DNA from: an uncultured Marinicella sp.
GTDB taxonomy: Bacteria > Pseudomonadota > Gammaproteobacteria > Xanthomonadales > Marinicellaceae
Reading direction: 5' to 3'
NCBI GenBank assembly: GCA_947502925.1
Contig: CANNBS010000002.1
Span: forward strand, 25,079 to 89,078
DNA: 64,000 nt
Shown piece after piece: positions 1-9,512 of this stretch. Position numbers and translations under genes: made by a program. The number at the start of each line of letters is the position of its first letter. Position 1 is the stretch's first letter. The notes under the pieces were generated by a model. It was given only the letters and a program-made list of their open reading frames with translations, was not told the DNA's origin and did no database searches.

Positions 1-1128
1 GAGGTATCTTTTGAGCGTGTCACGGACATATTTCAGCATTTAGGCCTGGAAGTTGTCACCGATAACTCGGGCTGGACAGTTAAAACGCCCAGCTGGCGAT
101 TTGATTTAAGCATCGCTGAAGATTTAATTGAGGAAGTGGTGCGTGTGGTTGGTTATGATCAAATGCCGGCAGATTTATTGCACAGTGATGATGTCATTCA
201 TACCATACCTGAGCAGCAGGTTTTGCCCATTACCGTCAAAAAACAGTTGGTTGATATGGGTTTTCAGGAAGTCATTAATTATGCTTTTGTGTCTGAAAAA
301 CAATTAGTGAATTGCTCTTTGGCAGAATCGGCTTATGCTCTGGCCAATCCTTTAACCAAAGACATGGCGGTGATGCGCACACATTTACTGCCCGGACTGT
401 TGGCCAATATTCAGGACAATCGCGCTCACGGCGAATTGGATCTGGCTTTTTTCGAGCTGGGTAAGGTATTTAACCAGATTGATGGCGAGGCATTACAGCA
501 AGCGGATGTTCTGATGCTGGCTCGATGCGGTCAGGCTCAACCCGAACAATGGGGTAGAGATGAACGGGCCGTGGATTTTTATGACTTAAAAGGTCAGGTG
601 GATGCTCTATTAAAATCAGTGCCGGGTCAGGTTAATTATAAAACAAGTGAACGACCCTACTTACATCCAGGGAGACAAGCCGATATCATGTTAAACGATC
701 AGTGCATCGGTCATATCGGTCAGGTCCATCCAACCATAACACAGCGATTAAAAATTAAAACCCAGGTTTATGTGGCTCAATTGGATTGGCATTCTTTGGC
801 CCAAAGACCTGTGCCGAAATGGCAGACCATTTCTAAATTTCCGGGTACAAGACGGGATATTTCAATCCAGCTGCCTGAAGACATTGCCTGGAAAACGGTT
901 AAAGATGGCATTGAGAATGTTATTAATCAGGAAAGTGATGTTTTGCGACAATTATTGTTATTTGATGTCTATAAAGGCGAACATATTGAAAAAGGATACA
1001 AAAGTTTCGCCATCGCGCTGATATTTCAGGCAAAAAATCGTACTTTGGAAGATAAAGAAGTGGACAAACTGGTGGCAAACGGGGTATCCTTTTTAGAGAA
1101 AAATCTAAATGCAGTTATCAGAACATGA
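1..1128 (+). CDS. pheT: Phenylalanine--tRNA ligase beta subunit, 5'-truncated by window edge
   Basis: Frame is open from base 1 (..[25 protein letters not shown]). Contains [15 protein letters not shown] and the C-terminal FDX-ACB motifs RRDISI/LFDVYKG; directly upstream of ihfA. Confidence 0.97.
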   Translation, partial: EVSFERVTDIFQHLGLEVVTDNSGWTVKTPSWRFDLSIAEDLIEEVVRVVGYDQMPADLLHSDDVIHTIPEQQVLPITVKKQLVDMGFQEVINYAFVSEKQLVNCSLAESAYALANPLTKDMAVMRTHLLPGLLANIQDNRAHGELDLAFFELGKVFNQIDGEALQQADVLMLARCGQAQPEQWGRDERAVDFYDLKGQVDALLKSVPGQVNYKTSERPYLHPGRQADIMLNDQCIGHIGQVHPTITQRLKIKTQVYVAQLDWHSLAQRPVPKWQTISKFPGTRRDISIQLPEDIAWKTVKDGIENVINQESDVLRQLLLFDVYKGEHIEKGYKSFAIALIFQAKNRTLEDKEVDKLVANGVSFLEKNLNAVIRT

Positions 1129-1433
1129 ATGAAACCATTACAAAAACTGACTTAGCAGAGATCCTGTATATGGAAGTGGGCTTAAATAAACGTGAAGCCA
1201 ACGAGTTCGTGAGTGTGTTTTTTGATACCATTAAAGAACAATTATTAAACGGTTCCGGGGTAAAGTTATCCGGTTTTGGAAATTTTGAATTACGCGATAA
1301 AAAGTCCAGGCCCGGCAGAAACCCGAAAACATTAGAAGAAATCCCGATATCAGCGCGCCGAGTGGTGGCTTTTAAACCGGGTCAAAAACTGAGGAATACG
1401 ATAGAGACCTATGCTGGATCAAGGACACAATAA
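1125..1433 (+). CDS. ihfA: Integration host factor alpha subunit
   Basis: [29 protein letters not shown] signature; pheT-ihfA synteny; ATGA overlap with pheT. Confidence 0.97.
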   Translation: MNETITKTDLAEILYMEVGLNKREANEFVSVFFDTIKEQLLNGSGVKLSGFGNFELRDKKSRPGRNPKTLEEIPISARRVVAFKPGQKLRNTIETYAGSRTQ

Positions 1434-1764
1434 AACCTTACCCCCGATTCCCGCCAAGCGCTATTTCACCATCGGTGAAGTCAGTTCCTTGTGTGATGTA
1501 AAACAACATGTACTGCGCTATTGGGAAAATGAATTCGATAATTTAAATCCGGTTAAGAGACGTGGCAATCGACGTTATTATCAACGCAACGATGTGATGA
1601 TGATTCGCCAGATTCGCAGTTTATTGTATGATCACGGTTACACCATCAATGGTGCCCGGCAAAAACTGAACGGTCAGGTAGAAGAAAAAGAGGCCAGTAA
1701 ATCCTACCAGGTAATTCAACAAACCGTGCAGGAACTGGAAGAAATTCTTACTATTCTAAAATAA
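1411..1764 (+). CDS. MerR-family HTH transcriptional regulator (conserved ihfA-linked type)
   Basis: [28 protein letters not shown] MerR HTH; conserved position between ihfA and tRNA-Pro. Confidence 0.92.
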   Translation: MLDQGHNKTLPPIPAKRYFTIGEVSSLCDVKQHVLRYWENEFDNLNPVKRRGNRRYYQRNDVMMIRQIRSLLYDHGYTINGARQKLNGQVEEKEASKSYQVIQQTVQELEEILTILK

Positions 1765-1798
1765 AGCTCTTTTGCCTCGACTTATTGGGCCTTGCCTA

Positions 1799-1811
1799 CG
1801 CAGGCCGGTAA
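1799..1811 (-). repeat. Partial copy of the TTACCGGCCTGCG REP-like hairpin (module B)
   Basis: cgcaggccggtaa is the exact reverse complement of ttaccggcctgcg at 32231-32243. Confidence 0.55.
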
Positions 1812-1854
1812 TCGGCGTCTTTGATAAAAATCCTGCCTCATCGAGATAAAGTTT

Positions 1855-1939
1855 AACCACAAAGAGCACGGAGATCACACAAAGTACACTAAGGATAAAT
1901 TATTATTTATTTGTGTGCTTTGTGAAAGCCTTTGTGGTT
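1855..1939. repeat. Palindromic AACCACAAAG...CTTTGTGGTT element (module A)
   Basis: 10-bp perfect terminal inverted repeat plus an inner imperfect IR (cacaaagtacac / gtgtgctttgtg); same ends as 32286-32388. Confidence 0.8.
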
Positions 1940-2062
1940 GAAACAAAACCATTATTGTTTTATAAGCTCGTGCATGACGGATGTTGCGCTCGGATAAATC
2001 ATTTAATCAATTCTAAATCTTTCCTAAAATGAGTCAAAGGTGTTAGAATACGCACCTGGTTT

Positions 2063-2139
2063 CGGAGCGTGGCGCAGCCTGGTAGCGCACCACAATGGGG
2101 TTGTGGGGGTCGGAAGTTCGAATCTTCTCGCTCCGACCA
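2063..2139 (+). tRNA. tRNA-Pro(GGG)
   Basis: Cloverleaf: acceptor CGGAGCG/CGCTCCG, D stem GCGC/GCGC, anticodon stem CCACA-ATGGGGT-TGTGG, TTCGAAT T loop, encoded CCA; 77 nt. Confidence 0.97.
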
Positions 2140-2196
2140 TTTTTCAGTCAGCATTGCTGTTCAAAACACTACACAATCCGTCTAAAGGAGATGAAG

Positions 2197-3174
2197 ATGA
2201 AATCACCTGTGCGAGTCGTTGTTACCGGTGCCGCCGGTCAAATTGGCTATCAACTTTTATTCAGAATCGCTGCCGGCAATATGCTCGGTGATGATCAACC
2301 GGTTATTCTACATTTATTGGAAATCCCACCGGCGATGCAAGCCGTGCAGGGCGTGGTCATGGAATTAGAAGATTGTGCTTTTCCTTTATTACATGGAATC
2401 GTTGCCACAGACGATGCCAATGTGGCCTTTAAAGACGCTGATTATGCCCTGTTAGTGGGTGCCATGCCACGAGGACCCGGCATGGAGCGCAGTGATTTAC
2501 TCAAGAAAAACGCTGAAATTTTCTCCGTGCAGGGTAAAGCCATGAACGACCACGCCAATAAGGACATTAAAGTGCTGGTTGTGGGTAATCCGGCTAACAC
2601 CAATGCCTTAATTGCGCAACAAAATGCACCGGACATTGATCCCGGTCAGTTTACCGCCATGGTGCGTTTGGATCATAACCGTGCGCTGGCACAAATGGCC
2701 AGTAAATTATCCGTGGGCACCCATGAACTCAGTAACATGACCATCTGGGGTAACCATTCATCCACACAGTATCCTGATATTTCCCAGTTAAAAGTCAACG
2801 GTGAAGACATTAAAGACATTGATCAGAACTGGTATGAAAACGATTTTATCCCAACCGTACAACAACGTGGTGCGGCGATTATTAAAGCCCGTGGTGCCTC
2901 CAGTGCCGCCTCTGCGGCTTCAGCAGCCATTGACCATATGAAATCCTGGGCCCTGGGTACGCCTGATAATGATTGGGTGTCCATGGCGATACCGAGTGAT
3001 GGCAGTTACGGCATTGAGCCCGGTGTTATCTTTGGTTATCCGGTGACCTGTAAAAATGGTCAATACAGCATTGTCCAAGACCTGCCAATCAGTGATTTCT
3101 CACAACAGCGAATTGATGCCACCAATCAGGAATTACGCGAAGAACGTGCGGCGGTCGAGCACTTATTTAGCTAA
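2197..3174 (+). CDS. mdh: Malate dehydrogenase (MDH type 2)
   Basis: [37 protein letters not shown] motifs. Start placed at ATG 2197 after AAGGAG (2185-2190); the longer ORF-track start lies inside the tRNA. Confidence 0.96.
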   Translation: MKSPVRVVVTGAAGQIGYQLLFRIAAGNMLGDDQPVILHLLEIPPAMQAVQGVVMELEDCAFPLLHGIVATDDANVAFKDADYALLVGAMPRGPGMERSDLLKKNAEIFSVQGKAMNDHANKDIKVLVVGNPANTNALIAQQNAPDIDPGQFTAMVRLDHNRALAQMASKLSVGTHELSNMTIWGNHSSTQYPDISQLKVNGEDIKDIDQNWYENDFIPTVQQRGAAIIKARGASSAASAASAAIDHMKSWALGTPDNDWVSMAIPSDGSYGIEPGVIFGYPVTCKNGQYSIVQDLPISDFSQQRIDATNQELREERAAVEHLFS

Positions 3175-3196
3175 ACAGTTTATTTATGACCATGAG

Positions 3197-3235
3197 CACC
3201 GCCGTTGTTTTATAAACATCAGGCGGTGTTTTTTT
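3197..3235 (+). terminator. Intrinsic terminator after mdh
   Basis: CACCGCC...GGCGGTG stem followed by T7. Confidence 0.8.
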
Positions 3236-3253
3236 ATATTTTAGGAGTTAATC

Positions 3254-4882
3254 ATGATATCAGCCAATATTCCACAAACACCTGCGGTCAGTAATGAGCC
3301 GATTAATGAATACCGTCCGGGGAGCGATGAAACCATTGCCTTACAAAAAGCCATGGATGAAATGGCCAACAGCCACACTGATATTCCCAACATTATTAAT
3401 GGTCAGGCGGTTAAAACCGATGACAAAACCGATGTTACCATGCCCCATGATCATCAGCATGTCTTAGGTACATATTACAAAGCCGATAAAGCCATTTTAA
3501 ACCAGGCAGCCGATGCCGCGGTGAAGGCCCAGGCTGACTGGGAACGCTTACCCTGGCAATCCAGAGCAGCGGTGTTTTTAAAAGCCGCCGATTTACTGGC
3601 CGGTCCCTACCGCAACATCATTAACGCCGCCACCATGCATGGTCAGTCGAAGAATGCCTTTCAGGCTGAGATTGATTCGGCCTGTGAGTTAATTGATTTT
3701 TTACGTTTTAATGCTGAATTTTATGAAGGTATTATGGCAGAGCAACCCGAATCCTCACCGGGTGTCTGGAACCAGCTCGACTGGCGGCCTTTAGAAGGCT
3801 TTATCCTCGCCATCACACCCTTTAACTTCACCGCCATTGCCGGAAACTTACCGGCGGCCCCGGCGATGCTGGGCAACACGGTGGTTTGGAAACCCTCAGG
3901 CACCCAAATGTTGTCAGCGCATGTCATTATGAACGTCTTTAAAGAAGCCGGATTACCCGATGGTGTGATTAATATGGTGGCTGCGGATGGTCCTGTGGCC
4001 GGCGAGGCTTTACTGACCCGCCCGGATTTAGCCGGTGTGCATTTCACCGGTTCAACGGGTACCTTCCGTCATATCTATAAAGAAATTGGTAACAACATCG
4101 ATAATTACCGCTCGTATCCGCGGATTGTCGGTGAAACCGGTGGTAAAGACTTTGTCTTTGCCCATCCCTCGGCCAATCCGGTGGCTGTCGCTACTGCCTT
4201 ATCCCGCGGTGCCTTTGAATTCCAGGGCCAAAAATGTTCAGCTGCTTCACGGGCTTATTTACCTGAATCTTTGTGGTCAGATATTAAAAACCAACTGGTG
4301 AAAGACGTTGAGTCGTTTAACATGGGCAGTACCCGTGATTTTGGTAATTTTATTAATGCGGTGATTGATGAGCCGGCATTCGATAAAATTAAATCTTATA
4401 TCGACCACGCCAAACAGGCCGATGATGCTGAAATACTCGTTGGTGGCGGTTGTGATAAAATCACCGGTTACTTTATCGAACCGACAGTCATTGTCACCAG
4501 TGACCCCGGTTTTAAAACCATGGAAGAAGAAATCTTCGGCCCTGTATTAACCGTTTATGTCTATCAGGATGATGATTTTGAAGAAACCCTAACATTATGT
4601 GATGAAGGCTCTATGTATGCCCTGACAGGCGGCATATTCGCCCAGGATCGTTATGTGATTAACCACATGGCCGATCGACTACGTCACGCTGCGGGTAACT
4701 TCTACATCAATGACAAACCCACCGGCGCCGTTGTCGGCCAGCAGCCCTTTGGTGGTGGTCGTGCCTCAGGCACCAATGATAAAGCCGGTAGTGCTTTAAA
4801 CCTTTACCGTTGGTTATCACCCAGAACCATTAAAGAAACCTTTGTACCCCCCACGGATTACCGCTATCCGTTTTTGGGTTAA
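3254..4882 (+). CDS. pruA: Monofunctional L-glutamate gamma-semialdehyde (P5C) dehydrogenase
   Basis: ALDH motifs ITPFNF, FTGSTG, GETGGKD, FQGQKCSA, EEIFGP, NDKPTGAVVGQQPFGGGRASGTNDKAG. Confidence 0.93.
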   Translation: MISANIPQTPAVSNEPINEYRPGSDETIALQKAMDEMANSHTDIPNIINGQAVKTDDKTDVTMPHDHQHVLGTYYKADKAILNQAADAAVKAQADWERLPWQSRAAVFLKAADLLAGPYRNIINAATMHGQSKNAFQAEIDSACELIDFLRFNAEFYEGIMAEQPESSPGVWNQLDWRPLEGFILAITPFNFTAIAGNLPAAPAMLGNTVVWKPSGTQMLSAHVIMNVFKEAGLPDGVINMVAADGPVAGEALLTRPDLAGVHFTGSTGTFRHIYKEIGNNIDNYRSYPRIVGETGGKDFVFAHPSANPVAVATALSRGAFEFQGQKCSAASRAYLPESLWSDIKNQLVKDVESFNMGSTRDFGNFINAVIDEPAFDKIKSYIDHAKQADDAEILVGGGCDKITGYFIEPTVIVTSDPGFKTMEEEIFGPVLTVYVYQDDDFEETLTLCDEGSMYALTGGIFAQDRYVINHMADRLRHAAGNFYINDKPTGAVVGQQPFGGGRASGTNDKAGSALNLYRWLSPRTIKETFVPPTDYRYPFLG

Positions 4883-4903
4883 CTTAAACAGAATAGGGGA
4901 CTT

Positions 4904-4931
4904 AAAAGGCGGCCCAATGGTCGCCTTTTTT
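4904..4931 (+). terminator. Intrinsic terminator after pruA
   Basis: AAAAGGCG...CGCCTTTTTT hairpin. Confidence 0.8.
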
Positions 4932-5072
4932 ATCATTAGTTGGGTGGTCTTCACTCAATTTAAAGTTTAAAATCCGAGATCTGCTGTTTTTGGACAGCGT
5001 CCTTTTTATAAATTAATTTATTCCGTGAATTAGCGTTATCCGATTTGAATTTAATTAAGCACATAAAATGAT

Positions 5073-6020
5073 ATGAAAAAACTATTAATTATTGCCCTGA
5101 TTATATCTTTGTTTTCAGCCTCCATATTTGCCCAGACGTCACCTTTGAAACAAGTCCCAGGTACCGGTATTTTTATGCAATCACCACAAGGCTTTACCGC
5201 GTCGAAACGCTTTGCCGGTTTTGAACAGGTGGACACCATGTCTTCTTTGATGGTTTTGCCGTTAAAGGATGTTTCATTGGATGAGGTCGGAAAACAGATG
5301 TTTGCTGAGTCACAATTAAAAAAGCAAAACATGACGATGCTGGGTCGTGAAGATTTGTTATTTAATGGTCGGATGGTTGGTCTGGTTTTCTTACAACAGC
5401 AAACAGCGGCCGGCGTGGTGGAAAAAATCGTTCGTTTAATCGAGGGTGATCATGAATTGGTGATTATAAACGGCATTTACTTAAAGTCACATAAAGACCA
5501 GGTTTATAAACCATTACGGAGTGCAATTCTCAGTGCTGAATGGCGTGATGTACCGGCCCCCACCGGTTTTGAAATGGTGGACTTTACGTTTGATGTTGCG
5601 CCGGGCTGGGAAATTCGTGAACCCGGTCAGTTAGGTCGGATGGTGAAGCTATCACCTGTTGATGCACCTAAGCACAGCACACCCATGGACTGGCCGCTGG
5701 TGATTGTGGCGCCTTCATTGGATGATCGAACCGTTGATAATTTGCGCGCGAGCAGTATTGAGATGTTAAAAAATGTTAAAGGCTATAAGTTTAAGTCGAT
5801 TCAATCGGAACAATCGCGTCAAATCAATGGCTTAAAATCTTATTTTATTAAAAGTAATGGTACGGATATTGAAACGTCAGAACCTTTAAGTTGTTGGCAA
5901 TTACTTATTCAGGGTGAAAATAATAAAGGTTATTACAGAATGCTGGCCATTGGTAATGACTTAGAAACCGATGCGAAGCAAGTTGTCGCAGATATTATGG
6001 AGACTTTTACGTTAAAATAA
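5073..6020 (+). CDS. Secreted hypothetical protein
   Basis: 315-aa ORF with a classical signal peptide (MKKLLIIALIISLFSASIFA); no recognised catalytic motif. Confidence 0.75.
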   Translation: MKKLLIIALIISLFSASIFAQTSPLKQVPGTGIFMQSPQGFTASKRFAGFEQVDTMSSLMVLPLKDVSLDEVGKQMFAESQLKKQNMTMLGREDLLFNGRMVGLVFLQQQTAAGVVEKIVRLIEGDHELVIINGIYLKSHKDQVYKPLRSAILSAEWRDVPAPTGFEMVDFTFDVAPGWEIREPGQLGRMVKLSPVDAPKHSTPMDWPLVIVAPSLDDRTVDNLRASSIEMLKNVKGYKFKSIQSEQSRQINGLKSYFIKSNGTDIETSEPLSCWQLLIQGENNKGYYRMLAIGNDLETDAKQVVADIMETFTLK

Positions 6021-6304
6021 TAGAAAGGACATCTTAATAGAACTCCAGTTAGTGTGTAAAATAAGTGTCAATTTACTAAACCACAGTAAATTGCATAATA
6101 TGTGGTGCTGAGATTAGCCCAATCCAACAAACGTGCTTTAATTAATAACTTTACAATTGCACTTTAACCTCGAATATATCGGATAATAGTGCATTAAAGC
6201 GATATAAACACGATATTAGCGAATAAAGTTGCATTATTTGAAAGATAATCATCAGTTTTTAATGAAAATGGCAAAAAAATAGCTGAGTTTTATACGTATT
6301 GCCC

Positions 6305-6345
6305 CATCAATATGGCTAAAATGCACGTTTAATAAATTGTTAACT
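6305..6345 (+). other. Putative integron attI-like site (core G/TTAACT at 6339-6345)
   Basis: GTTAACT is the exact complement of the inverse core AGTTAAC of the attC at 7103, as expected at the 5' boundary of an integrated cassette. The upstream sequence is not attC-like, so attI is inferred. Confidence 0.5.
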
Positions 6346-6355
6346 GTCTCTATCT

Positions 6356-7108
6356 ATGAAAGTCGTAACTTGGAACTGTAATGGGGCACTCAGACGAAAG
6401 CTTGCAGAAGCAGATAGCTTGCGAGCTGATGTCTTGGTGGTTCAGGAATGTGAAGATCCTGCGCTGTCGACCCCCGAATATAGAGAGTGGGCCGGTTCTT
6501 ACCTGTGGGTGGGCGAGTCAAAAAGTCGCGGCATCGGCATTTTTCCGAGAAACGGTCATCGAGTCGAAAAGTTAAATTGGAGTGGCAGCTTTTCCGTCCC
6601 TGGGCTTTTCAGCAAAAGTGAAACACTGAACTGGAGCACGGAAGATCTCAGGCTTTTTCTCCCTTTCACTATCAATAGAGATTTCATCGTGCTGGCCGTC
6701 TGGACGAAGGGGCGCAATGAAGAAGCATTTGGCTACATTGGGCAATTCTGGAAGTACCTTCAGATTCACCGTGACGATCTTAGCGGGCCAAAGACAGTCA
6801 TTCTCGGAGATTTTAATAGCAATGTGCGCTGGGATAAGCCGGACCGCTGGTGGAATCACTCGGACGTAATTGCCGAGCTTAGTGAGATGGGGTTCAAGAG
6901 CCAGTATCATCGAGTCTTCGAGGAAGAACAGGGCAATGAGACCAGCCCGACATTTTTCTTGCAGCGGAACCGCGAGAAGGCCTATCACATTGACTACGTT
7001 TTCACCTCGTCAGACGTTGCCGAAGAATGTAATTTGCAGGTCGGTCAGCACGACGAGTGGATTTCAATAAGCGACCACGTACCGCTGACGTTGAGCATCA
7101 ACAGTTAA
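6356..7108 (+). CDS. Endonuclease/exonuclease/phosphatase (EEP) family protein, integron cassette 1
   Basis: [36 protein letters not shown] motifs; visibly higher GC than flanks; stop codon lies inside the attC inverse core. Confidence 0.9.
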   Translation: MKVVTWNCNGALRRKLAEADSLRADVLVVQECEDPALSTPEYREWAGSYLWVGESKSRGIGIFPRNGHRVEKLNWSGSFSVPGLFSKSETLNWSTEDLRLFLPFTINRDFIVLAVWTKGRNEEAFGYIGQFWKYLQIHRDDLSGPKTVILGDFNSNVRWDKPDRWWNHSDVIAELSEMGFKSQYHRVFEEEQGNETSPTFFLQRNREKAYHIDYVFTSSDVAEECNLQVGQHDEWISISDHVPLTLSINS

Positions 7109-7180
7109 CAATCGGCTGCACAGCGACCGATTTTCCGCCGCTTCGCGGCTCCAAACCGGCGCGTGAGCCGGGCGTTAAAT
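7103..7180 (+). other. Integron attC site (78 bp)
   Basis: R'' AGTTAAC, L'' GCT(G)CAC pairing with L' GTGAGC leaving an extrahelical G, central GCCGC-TTC-GCGGC hairpin, R' GTTAAAT. Confidence 0.92.
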
Positions 7181-7508
7181 GCTTATGAGAACTTTCCAAT
7201 TACATAACGATGACGGAAAATCCATTGGGTTTGAGATCTCAAATTCTTTCCTTTCATCAGGTGGCATTGCTAAGTTCATTCACCGAATCAAGGGGTGTGA
7301 AATAGTTGGCAAGCAGAGATGGTTTTCAGCAAATGAAGTTCATGTTCGCTTTTCTTTTTCAGGCAAGCGTTTTATCGTTTGGGAACCTTTTGGTGATAAT
7401 AGTCGCCTATGGGTTGGCCCACAAGATGGTGAAACAGTTACACCAGAGACCATTGACGAACTGAAATCGAAATTTGAGGCTACAAGCAGATTAGGGATAT
7501 TGCGTTGA
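7179..7508 (+). CDS. Small hypothetical protein, integron cassette 2
   Basis: 109-aa ORF starting within a few nt of the attC crossover (start 7179 or 7185), typical of a promoterless cassette gene. Confidence 0.75.
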   Translation: MLMRTFQLHNDDGKSIGFEISNSFLSSGGIAKFIHRIKGCEIVGKQRWFSANEVHVRFSFSGKRFIVWEPFGDNSRLWVGPQDGETVTPETIDELKSKFEATSRLGILR

Positions 7509-7518
7509 AGTTGGCCGC

Positions 7519-7587
7519 ATTTAATAATGCAAACCAGTCTGACGGCGTTATCGGAGACGCTTGCGTGGCTCATTTTGCGAGTTATCA
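7519..7587 (+). other. Degenerate attC site
   Basis: ATTTAAT is one C>T change from ATTTAAC, the expected complement of this cassette's core GTTAAAT. Partial GCAAA/TTTGC pairing; ends in GTTAT. Confidence 0.55.
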
Positions 7588-7608
7588 AATTGTAGAGGTA
7601 AAAAATCA

Positions 7609-8085
7609 GTGAGTTTAATATTCAGAATGATCTATGTGCTATTGGCATCTTTTTTTAAACCAAGGTTACCGGTTAAACACCCAACCAGTGACCTCTCTTT
7701 TCGTGTTCTTCCCAATGATATTGATATCAACCTGCATATGAATAACGGTCGATACTTAACCATTTGTGACCTTTCGAGAGTAGATGTTTTTATTCGATCA
7801 GGATTGGCCAAATGTATGATTAAAGAAAAGTGGATGCCTGTAATTACAGAGCATACCATGAGCTATAAAAAGCCTCTTGGGGTTTTTCATAAGTATCATG
7901 TCAAAATGGAAATTGTAAGTTGGGATGAAAAGTCATTTCATATGAACCACACTTTCATTTCTGCTAAATCTGGTAGGGTTCTTGCAGAAGGAACTTCCAA
8001 AGGTAGTATTGTTAGCAAGCAAGGTGTGCTACAACCTGAACTTGTTATGAAACATGTTGAGCAACAGGGTGCAAAACTCACATAA
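7609..8085 (+). CDS. Acyl-CoA thioesterase (4HBT-like hot-dog fold), probable third cassette
   Basis: FRVLPNDIDINLHMNNGRYL motif; GTG start at 7609 after AGAGGT. Confidence 0.85.
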   Translation: MSLIFRMIYVLLASFFKPRLPVKHPTSDLSFRVLPNDIDINLHMNNGRYLTICDLSRVDVFIRSGLAKCMIKEKWMPVITEHTMSYKKPLGVFHKYHVKMEIVSWDEKSFHMNHTFISAKSGRVLAEGTSKGSIVSKQGVLQPELVMKHVEQQGAKLT

Positions 8086-8369
8086 TAATCACATCAAAAC
8101 CATTATTAAATATCACATTTTCAACATCAGCCAACTCAACAGCGCCGATATCACACAACGCACTGCCATCAGCATCCCCGTCTTGCGGGCGTGACTCACC
8201 CCGTTGATCAGTATCAGCACACAATAAGTCATCACCTTGATCAATAACTGGGCTACCTGGTAAGGGTCTGTACGTCAATGTGGGGCCGCCATAATATGCC
8301 AAGGGTTCCAGCATGGGATCGGCCACAGTAATGTGTCCCACGGGATTGTTTACACCACAACTGCCATCG
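8078..8369 (-). pseudogene. 3' remnant of a choice-of-anchor-Q-type secreted protein, truncated by IS3
   Basis: DGSCG..PLAYYGGPTLT..PLPGSPVIDQG..DQRG..RPQDGDADG..CDIGAVE and C-terminal VIFNNGFD; the 5' end abuts the IS terminus at 8370. Confidence 0.8.
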
Positions 8370-8415
8370 TGACTAGCCCAATAAATCGCTACCATTTGTA
8401 AAGAGAGAGATTTCA

Positions 8416-9252
8416 TCATGAAAGCATGCTTTCATGATGTTGCCTGGTGAATTCTGCCGGTGTCAGCATATTCAATCCACCATGTGGTCTTTCATTATTA
8501 TATTCATCTCGCCAAATATCAGCAATCATTTGTGCTTCTGATGGAGATGTGAATATATATCGATCTAAACAACCATACCTAAATATGGCATTAAAACCTT
8601 CACCATAAGCATTTTCCCAGGGTGAACCGGGTTTGATGTAGTGGGTTTTTATGTTGTTTTGTTTTAGCCATTTTTGTACGGCTTTTGCGACAAACTCAGG
8701 GCCGTTGTCTGAGCGTATAAATTCAGGTTTACCGTATATTTGAATGAGCGTTTCCAGTATCTCAATAACACTACCTGATGTGATTGAACGGGCACAGATC
8801 GTTGCTTGGCTTGACCTTGTAAATTCATCAACAACAGTTAACCATTTTAATGTTCTACCTTCTTCAGTTTGATCATTCATAAAGTCATATGTCCAAACGT
8901 GGTTAGGATATATGGCTTTGTTGACCATGCCTTGTGAGATGCCCACACGACGCTTTATAACCTTATTCATCGGTAGCTGTAGACCGTGCTCCCGCCTTAA
9001 AATACGTACTTTCTCACGACCTACTGGAAAATTATTTTCCTGAAGCTTAACGTGAATCTTACGGTAGCCAAAGGTCTCATGCTTATGTGATAAAAAGTGT
9101 AATTTATCAATCATTTCTCTATCATCTTTTTTGTATACTCGGCGTTTTGTTGATCGTGCCAAATCCATAATCTTGCAGGCTTTACGTTCACTGACGTTGA
9201 ATTTATTTTCTAAATGCTCAGCAGCCATCCTCTTTTGGCGAGAGCCTACCAC
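8416..9252 (-). CDS. IS3 transposase OrfB (rve integrase core)
   Basis: WTYDF, VVDEFTR, IRSDNGPEF, WENAYGEGFN DDE motifs; A6G -1 frameshift motif at 9252-9258. Confidence 0.92.
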   Translation of the reverse strand: MVGSRQKRMAAEHLENKFNVSERKACKIMDLARSTKRRVYKKDDREMIDKLHFLSHKHETFGYRKIHVKLQENNFPVGREKVRILRREHGLQLPMNKVIKRRVGISQGMVNKAIYPNHVWTYDFMNDQTEEGRTLKWLTVVDEFTRSSQATICARSITSGSVIEILETLIQIYGKPEFIRSDNGPEFVAKAVQKWLKQNNIKTHYIKPGSPWENAYGEGFNAIFRYGCLDRYIFTSPSEAQMIADIWRDEYNNERPHGGLNMLTPAEFTRQHHESMLS

Positions 9253-9512
9253 TTTTTTGAGTTAACCTCCTTGAGCATCTCAATATCTAAGGCTTGATTG
9301 GCAATGATGGTTTTAAGACGGCGGTTTTCTTCGGCAAGTTGTTTCATTTTGCGGACATCTGAAACAGCCATACCTGAATACTTTTGCTTCCATTTATAAA
9401 AGGTGGACTGGGCTATGTTCTCACGCCGAATAATATTTGCTGCATTACCTTGGGTTTCAGCTTCTTTCAAAATTCGAACGATTTATTCTTCTGTATATCT
9501 TTTTCGTTTCAT
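9246..9512 (-). pseudogene. IS3 OrfA with premature stop
   Basis: ATG at 9512 after GGAG reads MKRKRYTEE*IVRILKEAE; TAA at 9485-9483 where CAA (Gln) is expected. Confidence 0.85.

Noticed and set aside
2063-2139. A32-U38 pair in the tRNA-Pro(GGG) anticodon loop, and the tRNA as a possible integration site
   Set aside because: A32/U38 also occurs in other gammaproteobacterial tRNA-Pro(GGG) as far as I recall. No integrase follows and I found no duplicated tRNA 3' end in the window.
2040-2291. ORF-track ORFs 2040-2291 and the 2095 extension of mdh
   Set aside because: They overlap the tRNA gene; the RBS supports an mdh start at 2197.
6021-6060. Possible intI start remnant on the minus strand (GGAG...ATG TCC TTT CTA) or a LexA box
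   Set aside because: The ORF stops after 6 codons, and no CTG-N10-CAG site is present in 6021-6339.
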